NCBI GenBank assembly: GCA_964057225.1
Contig: CAXKVF010000078.1
Location: 621,180 to 685,179, forward strand
DNA: 64,000 nt
Direction of reading: 5' to 3'
Source: Auanema rhodensis
Taxonomy: Eukaryota > Animalia > Nematoda
Positions 1 through 11,400 of the stretch are shown here, one piece after another (within the stretch, counting starts at the first letter, position 1; every line of letters starts with the position of its first letter). The notes under the pieces are model-generated. The model made no database searches and was not told where the DNA came from. It saw only the letters and a list, made by a program, of their open reading frames with translations. The translations under genes and the position numbers were made by a program.

Positions 1-32
1 AATCTAATTTTGAAAACCGCATCTCTTTATCT

Positions 33-42
33 TTCACGTGAA
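33..42. other. Perfect 10-bp palindrome TTCACGTGAA containing a CACGTG E-box/G-box (in nearly every monomer)
   Basis: Read directly from monomer positions 33-42. A second CACGTG is at 67-72 and a degenerate TTCACGTA at 98-105. Confidence 0.9.
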
Positions 43-115
43 GCGAGTTACATACCAAGTGCACATCACGTGTACATTTAATTAGCATAAATTAAAGTTC
101 ACGTAAATTTCAAAG

Positions 116-130
116 TCATGGTTACCATGA
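116..130. other. 15-bp interrupted palindrome TCATGGT-T-ACCATGA (contains BstEII site GGTNACC)
   Basis: Perfect 7-bp arms around a central T at monomer positions 116-130. Confidence 0.9.
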
Positions 131-2992
131 ACCAATATCAATAAAAATTTGTTTTTAGACTAATATGGACATGGGGAATCTAATTTTGAAAACCGCATCT
201 CTTTATCTTTCACGTGAAGCGAGTTACATACCAAGTGCACATCACGTGTACATTTAATTAGCATAAATTAAAGTTCACGTAAATTTCAAAGTCATGGTTA
301 CCATGAACCAATATCAATAAAAATTTGTTTTTAGACTAATATGGACATGGGGAATCTAATTTTGAAAACCGCATCTCTTTATCTTTCACGTGAAGCGAGT
401 TACATACCAAGTGCACATCACGTGTACATTTAATTAGCATAAATTAAAGTTCACGTAAATTTCAAAGTCATGGTTACCATGAACCAATATCAATAAAAAT
501 TTGTTTTTAGACTAATATGGACATGGGGAATCTAATTTTGAAAACCGCATTTCTTTATCTTTCACGTGAAGCGAGTTACATACCAAGTGCACATCACGTG
601 TACATTTAATTAGCATAAATTAAAGTTCACGTAAATTTCAAAGTCATGGTTACCATGAACCAATATCAATAAAAATTTGTTTTTAGACTAATATGGACAT
701 GGGGAATGTAATTTTGAAAACCGCATCTCTTTATCTTTCACGTGAAGCGAGTTACATACCAAGTGCACATCACGTGTACATTTAATTAGCATAAATTAAA
801 GTTCACGTAAAATTCAAAGTCATGGTTACCATGCACCAATATCAATAAAAATTTGTTTTTAGACTAATATGGACATGGGGAATCTAATTTTGAAAACCGC
901 ATCTCTTTATCTTTCACGTGAAGCGAGTTACATACCAAGTGCACATCACGTGTACATTTAATTAGCATAAATTAAAGTTCACGTAAATTTCAAAGTCATG
1001 GTTACCATGAACCAATATCAATAAAAATTTGTTTTTAGACTAATATGGACATGGGGAATCTAATTTTGAAAACCGCATCTCTTTATCTTTCACGTGAAGC
1101 GAGTTACATACCAAGTGCACATCACGTGTACATTTAATTAGCATAAATTAAAGTTCACGTAAATTTCAAAGTCATGGTTACCATGAAGCAATATCAATAA
1201 AAATTTGTTTTTAGACTAATATGGACATGGGGAATCTAATTTTGAAAACCGCATCTCTTTATCTTTCACGTGAAGCGAGTTACATACCAAGTGCACATCA
1301 CGTGTACATTTAATTAGCATAAATTAAAGTTCACGTAAAATTCAAAGTCATGGTTACCATGCACCAATATCAATAAAAATTTGTTTTTAGACTAATATGG
1401 ACATGGGGAATTTAATTTTGAAAACCGCATCTCTTTATCTTTCACGTGAAGCGAGTTACATACCAAGTGCACATCACGTGTACATTTAATTAGCATAAAT
1501 TAAAGTTCACGTAAATTTCAAAGTCATGGTTACCATGCACCAATATCAATAAAAATTTGTTTTTAGACTAATATGGACATGGGGAATCTAATTTTGAAAA
1601 CCGCATCTCTTTATCTTTCACGTGAAGCGAGTTACATACCAAGTGCACATCACGTGTACATTTAATTAGCATAAATTAAAGTTCACGTAAATTTCAAAGT
1701 CATGGTTACCATGAACCAATATCAATAAAAATTTGTTTTTAGACTAATATGGACATGGGGAATCTAATTTTGAAAACCGCATCTCTTTATCTTTCACGTG
1801 AAGCGAGTTACATACCAAGTGCACATCACGTGTACATTTAATTAGCATAAATTAAAGTTCACGTAAATTTCAAAGTCATGGTTACCATGAAGCAATATCA
1901 ATAAAAATTTGTTTTTAGACTAATATGGACATGGGGAATCTAATTTTGAAAACCGCATCTCTTTATCTTTCACGTGAAGCGAGTTACATACCAAGTGCAC
2001 ATCACGTGTACATTTAATTAGCATAAATTAAAGTTCACGTAAATTTCAAAGTCATGGTTACCATGCACCAATATCAATAAAAATTTGTTTTTAGACTGAT
2101 ATGGACATGGGGAATCTAATTTTGAAAACCGCATCTCTTTATCTTTCACGTGAAGCGAGTTACATACCAAGTGCACATCACGTGTACATTTAATTAGCAT
2201 AAATTAAAGTTCACGTAAATTTCAAAGTCATGGTTACCATGAACCAATATCAATAAAAATTTGTTTTTAGACTGATATGGACATGGGGAATCTAATTTTG
2301 AAAACCGCATCTCTTTATCTTTCACGTGAAGCGAGTTACATATCAAGTGCACATCACGTGTACATTTAATTAGCATAAATTAAAGTTCACGTAAATTTCA
2401 AAGTCATGGTTACCATGAACCAATATCAATAAAAATTTGTTTTTAGACTAATATGGACATGGGGAATCTAATTTTGAAAACCGCATCTCTTTATCTTTCA
2501 CGTGAAGCGAGTTACATACCAAGTGCACATCACGTGTACATTTAATTAGCATAAATTAAAGTTCACGTAAATTTCAAAGTCATGGTTACCATGAACCAAT
2601 ATCAATAAAAATTTGTTTTTAGACTAATATGGACATGGGGAATCTAATTTTGAAAACCGCATTTCTTTATCTTTCACGTGAAGCGAGTTACATACCAAGT
2701 GCACATCACGTGTACATTTAATTAGCATAAATTAAAGTTCACGTAAAATTCAAAGTCATGGTTACCATGCACCAATATCAATAAAAATTTGTTTTTAGAC
2801 TAATATGGACATGGGGAATCTAATTTTGAAAACCGCATCTCTTTATCTTTCACGTGAAGCGAGTTACATACCAAGTGCACATCACGTGTACATTTAATTA
2901 GCATAAATTAAAGTTCACGTAAATTTCAAAGTCATGGTTACCATGAACCAATATCAATAAAAATTTGTTTTTAGACTAATATGGACATGGGG

Positions 2993-5900
2993 AATCTAAT
3001 TTTGAAAACCGCATCTCTTTATCTTTCACGTGAAGCGAGTTACATATCAAGTGCACATCACGTGTACATTTAATTAGCATAAATTAAAGTTCACGTAAAT
3101 TTCAAAGTCATGGTTACCATGAACCAATATCAATAAAAATTTGTTTTTAGACTAATATGGACATGGGGAATCTAATTTTGAAAACCGCATTTCTTTATCT
3201 TTCACGTGAAGCGAGTTACATACCAAGTGCACATCACGTGTACATTTAATTAGCATAAATTAAAGTTCACGTAAAATTCAAAGTCATGGTTACCATGCAC
3301 CAATATCAATAAAAATTTGTTTTTAGACTAATATGGACATGGGGAATCTAATTTTGAAAACCGCATCTCTTTATCTTTCACGTGAAGCGAGTTACATACC
3401 AAGTGCACATCACGTGTACATTTAATTAGCATGAATTAAAGTTCACGTAAAATTCAAAGTCATGGTTACCATGCACCAATATCAATAAAAATTTGTTTTT
3501 AGACTAATATGGACATGGGGAATCTAATTTTGAAAACCGCATCTCTTTATCTTTCACGTGAAGCGAGTTACATACCAAGTGCACATCACGTGTACATTTA
3601 ATTAGCATAAATTAAAGTTCACGTAAATTTCAAAGTCATGGTTACCATGCACCAATATCAATAAAAATTTGTTTTTAGACTAATATGGACATGGGGAATC
3701 TAATTTTGAAAACCGCATCTCTTTATCTTTCACGTGAAGCGAGTTACATACCAAGTGCACATCACGTGTACATTTAATTAGCATAAATTAAAGTTCACGT
3801 AAATTTCAAAGTCATGGTTACCATGAACCAATATCAATAAAAATTTGTTTTTAGACTAATATGGACATGGGGAATCTAATTTTGAAAACCGCATCTCTTT
3901 ATCTTTCACGTGAAGCGAGTTACATACCAAGTGCACATCACGTGTACATTTAATTAGCATAAATTAAAGTTCACGTAAATTTCAAAGTCATGGTTACCAT
4001 GCACCAATATCAATAAAAATTTGTTTTTAGACTGATATGGACATGGGGAATCTAATTTTGAAAACCGCATCTCTTTATCTTTCACGTGAAGCGAGTTACA
4101 TACCAAGTGCACATCACGTGTACATTTAATTAGCATAAATTAAAGTTCACGTAAATTTCAAAGTCATGGTTACCATGAACCAATATCAATAAAAATTTGT
4201 TTTTAGACTAATATGGACATGGGGAATCTAATTTTGAAAACCGCATCTCTTTATCTTTCACGTGAAGCGAGTTACATACCAAGTGCACATCACGTGTACA
4301 TTTAATTAGCATAAATTAAAGTTCACGTAAATTTCAAAGTCATGGTTACCATGAACCAATATCAATAAAAATTTGTTTTTAGACTAATATGGACATGGGG
4401 AATCTAATTTTGAAAACCGCATCTCTTTATCTTTCACGTGAAGCGAGTTACATACCAAGTGCACATCACGTGTACATTTAATTAGCATAAATTAAAGTTC
4501 ACGTAAATTTCAAAGTCATGGTTACCATGAAGCAATATCAATAAAAATTTGTTTTTAGACTAATATGGACATGGGGAATCTAATTTTGAAAACCGCATCT
4601 CTTTATCTTTCACGTGAAGCGAGTTACATACCAAGTGCACATCACGTGTACATTTAATTAGCATAAATTAAAGTTCACGTAAATTTCAAAGTCATGGTTA
4701 CCATGCACCAATATCAATAAAAATTTGTTTTTAGACTGATATGGACATGGGGAATCTAATTTTGAAAACCGCATCTCTTTATCTTTCACGTGAAGCGAGT
4801 TACATACCAAGTGCACATCACGTGTACATTTAATTAGCATAAATTAAAGTTCACGTAAATTTCAAAGTCATGGTTACCATGAACCAATATCAATAAAAAT
4901 TTGTTTTTAGACTAATATGGACATGGGGAATCTAATTTTGAAAACCGCATCTCTTTATCTTTCACGTGAAGCGAGTTACATACCAAGTGCACATCACGTG
5001 TACATTTAATTAGCATAAATTAAAGTTCACGTAAATTTCAAAGTCATGGTTACCATGAACCAATATCAATAAAAATTTGTTTTTAGACTAATATGGACAT
5101 GGGGAATCTAATTTTGAAAACCGCATTTCTTTATCTTTCACGTGAAGCGAGTTACATACCAAGTGCACATCACGTGTACATTTAATTAGAATAAATTAAA
5201 GTTCACGTAAATTTCAAAGTCATGGTTACCATGAACCAATATCAATAAAAATTTGTTTTTAGACTAATATGGACATGGGGAATCTAATTTTGAAAACCGC
5301 ATCTCTTTATCTTTCACGTGAAGCGAGTTACATACCAAGTGCACATCACGTGTACATTCAATTAGCATAAATTAAAGTTCACGTAAATTTCAAAGTCATG
5401 GTTACCATGCACCAATATCAATAAAAATTTGTTTTTAGACTAATATGGACATGGGGAATCTAATTTTGAAAACCGCATCTCTTTATCTTTCACGTGAAGC
5501 GAGTTACATACCAAGTGCACATCACGTGTACATTTAATTAGCATAAATTAATGTTCACGTAAATTTCAAAGTCATGGTTACCATGAACCAATATCAATAA
5601 AAATTTGTTTTTAGACTAATATGGACATGGGGCATCTAATTTTGAAAACCGCATCTCTTTATCTTTCACGTGAAGCGAGTTACATACCAAGTGCACATCA
5701 CGTGTACATTTAATTAGCATAAATTAAAGTTCACGTAAATTTCAAAGTCATGGTTACCATGAACCAATATCAATAAAAATTTGTTTTTAGACTAATATGG
5801 ACATGGGGAATCTAATTTTGAAAACCGCATCTCTTTATCTTTCACGTGAAGCGAGTTACATACCAAGTGCACATCACGTGTACATTTAATTAGCATAAAT

Positions 5901-8448
5901 TAAAGTTCACGTAAATTTCAAAGTCATGGTTACCATGAACCAATATCAATAAAAATTTGTTTTTAGACTAATATGGACATGGGGAATCTAATTTTGAAAA
6001 CCGCATCTCTTTATCTTTCACGTGAAGCGAGTTACATATCAAGTGCACATCACGTGTACATTTAATTAGCATAAATTAAAGTTCACGTAAATTTCAAAGT
6101 CATGGTTACCATGAACCAATATCAATAAAAATTTGTTTTTAGACTAATATGGACATGGGGAATCTAATTTTGAAAACCGCATTTCTTTATCTTTCACGTG
6201 AAGCGAGTTACATACCAAGTGCACATCACGTGTACATTTAATTAGCATAAATTAAAGTTCACGTAAAATTCAAAGTCATGGTTACCATGCACCAATATCA
6301 ATAAAAATTTGTTTTTAGACTAATATGGACATGGGGAATCTAATTTTGAAAACCGCATCTCTTTATCTTTCACGTGAAGCGAGTTACATACCAAGTGCAC
6401 ATCACGTGTACATTTAATTAGCATGAATTAAAGTTCACGTAAAATTCAAAGTCATGGTTACCATGCACCAATATCAATAAAAATTTGTTTTTAGACTAAT
6501 ATGGACATGGGGAATCTAATTTTGAAAACCGCATCTCTTTATCTTTCACGTGAAGCGAGTTACATACCAAGTGCACATCACGTGTACATTTAATTAGCAT
6601 AAATTAAAGTTCACGTAAATTTCAAAGTCATGGTTACCATGCACCAATATCAATAAAAATTTGTTTTTAGACTAATATGGACATGGGGAATCTAATTTTG
6701 AAAACCGCATCTCTTTATCTTTCACGTGAAGCGAGTTACATACCAAGTGCACATCACGTGTACATTTAATTAGCATAAATTAAAGTTCACGTAAATTTCA
6801 AAGTCATGGTTACCATGAACCAATATCAATAAAAATTTGTTTTTAGACTAATATGGACATGGGGAATCTAATTTTGAAAACCGCATCTCTTTATCTTTCA
6901 CGTGAAGCGAGTTACATACCAAGTGCACATCACGTGTACATTTAATTAGCATAAATTAAAGTTCACGTAAATTTCAAAGTCATAGTTACCATGCACCAAT
7001 ATCAATAAAAATTTGTTTTTAGACTGATATGGACATGAGGAATCTAATTTTGAAAACCGCATCTCTTTATCTTTCACGTGAAGCGAGTTACATACCAAGT
7101 GCACATCACGTGTACATTTAATTAGCATAAATTAAAGTTCACGTAAATTTCAAAGTCATGGTTACCATGAACCAATATCAATAAAAATTTGTTTTTAGAC
7201 TAATATGGACATGGGGAATCTAATTTTGAAAACCGCATCTCTTTATCTTTCACGTGAAGCGAGTTACATACCAAGTGCACATCACGTGTACATTTAATTA
7301 GCATAAATTAAAGTTCACGTAAATTTCAAAGTCATGGTTACCATGAACCAATATCAATAAAAATTTGTTTTTAGACTAATATGGACATGGGGAATCTAAT
7401 TTTGAAAACCGCATCTCTTTATCTTTCACGTGAAGCGAGTTACATACCAAGTGCACATCACGTGTACATTTAATTAGCATAAATTAAAGTTCACGTAAAT
7501 TTCAAAGTCATGGTTACCATGAACCAATATCAATAAAAATTTGTTTTTAGACTAATATGGACATGGGGAATCTAATTTTGAAAACCGCATCTCTTTATCT
7601 TTCACGTGAAGCGAGTTACATACCAAGTGCACATCACGTGTACATTTAATTAGCATAAATTAAAGTTCACGTAAATTTCAAAGTCATGGTTACCATGAAC
7701 CAATATCAATAAAAATTTGTTTTTAGACTAATATGGACATGGGGAATCTAATTTTGAAAACCGCATCTCTTTATCTTTCACGTGAAGCGAGTTACATACC
7801 AAGTGCACATCACGTGTACATTTAATTAGCATAAATTAAAGTTCACGTAAATTTCAAAGTCATGGTTACCATGAAGCAATATCAATAAAAATTTGTTTTT
7901 AGACTAATATGGACATGGGGAATCTAATTTTGAAAACCGCATCTCTTTATCTTTCACGTGAAGCGAGTTACATACCAAGTGCACATCACGTGTACATTTA
8001 ATTAGCATAAATTAAAGTTCACGTAAACTTCAAAGTCATGGTTACCATGAAGCAATATCAATAAAAATTTGTTTTTAGACTAATATGGACATGGGGAATC
8101 TAATTTTGAAAACCGCATTTCTTTATCTTTCACGTGAAGCGAGTTACATACCAAGTGCACATCACGTGTACATTTAATTAGAATAAATTAAAGTTCACGT
8201 AAATTTCAAAGTCATGGTTACCATGAACCAATATCAATAAAAATTTGTTTTTAGACTAATATGGACATGGGGAATCTAATTTTGAAAACCGCATCTCTTT
8301 ATCTTTCACGTGAAGCGAGTTACATACCAAGTGCACATCACGTGTACATTCAATTAGCATAAATTAAAGTTCACGTAAATTTCAAAGTCATGGTTACCAT
8401 GCACCAATATCAATAAAAATTTGTTTTTAGACTAATATGGACATGGGG
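2993..8448. repeat. Imperfect 17-monomer (2992-bp offset) tandem duplication
   Basis: Shared variants at a 2992 offset: 3047/6039, 3191/6183, 3433/6425, 4034/7026, 5190/8182, 5359/8351. Confidence 0.75.
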
Positions 8449-11400
8449 AATCTAATTTTGAAAACCGCATCTCTTTATCTTTCACGTGAAGCGAGTTACA
8501 TACCAAGTGCACATCACGTGTACATTTAATTAGCATAAATTAAAGTTCACGTAAACTTCAAAGTCATGGTTACCATGAACCAATATCAATAAAAATTTGT
8601 TTTTAGACTAATATGGACATGGGGAATCTAATTTTGAAAACCGCATCTCTTTATCTTTCACGTGAAGCGAGTTACATACCAAGTGCACATCACGTGTACA
8701 TTTAATTAGCATAAATTAAAGTTCACGTAAATTTCAAAGTCATGGTTACCATGAAGCAATATCAATAAAAATTTGTTTTTAGACTAATATGGACATGGGG
8801 AATCTAATTTTGAAAACCGCATCTCTTTATCTTTCACGTGAAGCGAGTTACATACCAAGTGCACATCACGTGTACATTTAATTAGCATAAATTAAAGTTC
8901 ACGTAAATTTCAAAGTCATGGTTACCATGAACCAATATCAATAAAAATTTGTTTTTAGACTAATATGGACATGGGGAATCTAATTTTGAAAACCGCATCT
9001 CTTTATCTTTCACGTGAAGCGAGTTACATACCAAGTGCACATCACGTGTACATTTAATTAGCATAAATTAAAGTTCACGTAAACTTCAAAGTCATGGTTA
9101 CCATGAAGCAATATCAATAAAAATTTGTTTTTAGACTAATATGGACATGGGGAATCTAATTTTGAAAACCGCATCTCTTTATCTTTCACGTGAAGCGAGT
9201 TACATACCAAGTGCACATCACGTGTACATTTAATTAGCATAAATTAAAGTTCACGTAAACTTCAAAGTCATGGTTACCATGAAGCAATATCAATAAAAAT
9301 TTGTTTTTAGACTAATATGGACATGGGGAATCTAATTTTGAAAACCGCATCTCTTTATCTTTCACGTGAAGCGAGTTACATACCAAGTGCACATCACGTG
9401 TACATTTAATTAGCATAAATTAAAGTTCACGTAAACTTCAAAGTCATGGTTACCATGAAGCAATATCAATAAAAATTTGTTTTTAGACTAATATGGACAT
9501 GGGGAATCTAATTTTGAAAACCGCATCTCTTTATCTTTCACGTGAAGCGAGTTACATACCAAGTGCACATCACGTGTACATTTAATTAGCATAAATTAAA
9601 GTTCACGTAAATTTCAAAGTCATGGTTACCATGAACCAATATCAATAAAAATTTGTTTTTAGACTAATATGGACATGGGGAATCTAATTTTGAAAACCGC
9701 ATCTCTTTATCTTTCACGTGAAGCGAGTTACATACCAAGTGCACATCACGTGTACATTTAATTAGCATAAATTAAAGTTCACGTAAACTTCAAAGTCATG
9801 GTTACCATGAAGCAATATCAATAAAAATTTGTTTTTAGACTAATATGGACATGGGGAATCTAATTTTGAAAACCGCATCTCTTTATCTTTCACGTGAAGC
9901 GAGTTACATACCAAGTGCACATCACGTGTACATTTAATTAGCATAAATTAAAGTTCACGTAAACTTCAAAGTCATGGTTACCATGAAGCAATATCAATAA
10001 AAATTTGTTTTTAGACTAATATGGACATGGGGAATCTAATTTTGAAAACCGCATCTCTTTATCTTTCACGTGAAGCGAGTTACATACCAAGTGCACATCA
10101 CGTGTACATTTAATTAGCATAAATTAAAGTTCACGTAAATTTCAAAGTCATGGTTACCACGAACCAATATCAATAAAAATTTGTTTTTAGACTAATATGG
10201 ACATGGGGAATCTAATTTTGAAAACCGCATCTCTTTATCTTTCACGTGAAGCGAGTTACATACCAAGTGCACATCACGTGTACATTTAATTAGCATAAAT
10301 TAAAGTTCACGTAAATTTCAAAGTCATGGTTACCATGAACCAATATCAATAAAAATTTGTTTTTAGACTAATATGGACATGGGGAATCTAATTTTGAAAA
10401 CCGCATCTCTTTATCTTTCACGTGAAGCGAGTTACATACCAAGTGCACATCACGTGTACATTTAATTAGCATAAATTAAAGTTCACGTAAATTTCAAAGT
10501 CATGGTTACCATGCACCAATATCAATAAAAATTTGTTTTTAGACTAATATGGACATGGGGAATCTAATTTTGAAAACCGCATCTCTTTATCTTTCACGTG
10601 AAGCGAGTTACATACCAAGTGCACATCACGTGTACATTTAATTAGCATAAATTAAAGTTCACGTAAATTTCAAAGTCATGGTTACCATGAACTAATATCA
10701 ATAAAAATTTGTTTTTAGACTAATATGGACATGGGGAATCTAATTTTGAAAACCGCATCTCTTTATCTTTCACGTGAAGCGAGTTACATACCAAGTGCAC
10801 ATCACGTGTACATTTAATTAGCATAAATTAAAGTTCACGTAAATTTCAAAGTCATGGTTACCATGAACCAATATCAATAAAAATTTGTTTTTAGACTAAT
10901 ATGGACATGGGGAATCTAATTTTGAAAACCGCATCTCTTTATCTTTCACGTGAAGCGAGTTACATACCAAGTGCACATCACGTGTACATTTAATTAGCAT
11001 AAATTAAAGTTCACGTAAATTTCAAAGTCATGGTTACCATGAACCAATATCAATAAAAAATTTGTTTTTAGACTAATATGGACATGGGGAATCTAATTTT
11101 GAAAACCGCATCTCTTTATCTTTCACGTGAAGCGAGTTACATACCAAGTGCACATCACGTGTACATTTAATTAGCATAAATTAAAGTTCACGTAAATTTC
11201 AAAGTCATGGTTACCATGAACCAATATCAATAAAAATTTGTTTTTAGACTAATATGGACATGGGGAATCTAATTTTGAAAACCGCATCTCTTTATCTTTC
11301 ACGTGAAGCGAGTTACATACCAAGTGCACATCACGTGTACATTTAATTAGCATAAATTAAAGTTCACGTAAATTTCAAAGTCATGGTTACCATGAACCAA

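Larger units (their letters stand above)
1..176 (+). repeat. Representative consensus monomer (176 bp)
   Basis: The first monomer matches the most common monomer sequence. Monomer positions quoted elsewhere refer to it. Confidence 0.97.

Noticed and set aside
1-176. CENP-B box
   Set aside because: The consensus has no TTCG....A..CGGG motif on either strand.
1-176. Identity with known ~171-178-bp satellites (alpha satellite, CEN178, CentBr, honeybee AluI)
   Set aside because: Only the length is similar. There is no AAGCTT or AGCT site and no sequence similarity I can recognise. A database search is needed.
1-176. Tandem 5S rRNA, tRNA, snRNA or spliced-leader gene array
   Set aside because: No recognisable 5S sequence, cloverleaf or Pol III A/B boxes. 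T-rich strings such as AATTTTG resemble Sm sites but are expected by chance at 68% AT.
65-176. Budding-yeast point centromere (CDEI-CDEII-CDEIII)
   Set aside because: Only the 8-bp CDEI-like motif matches. The downstream region is not >90% AT, there is no convincing CDEIII (CCGAA), and point centromeres are not tandemly repeated.
173-176. G-quadruplex or telomeric repeat
   Set aside because: There is a single G4 run per 176 bp and no tandem telomere motif.
11054-11060. 1-bp A insertion as a biological length variant
   Set aside because: It is a singleton in a homopolymer and is not propagated in duplicated blocks, so it cannot be distinguished from sequencing error.
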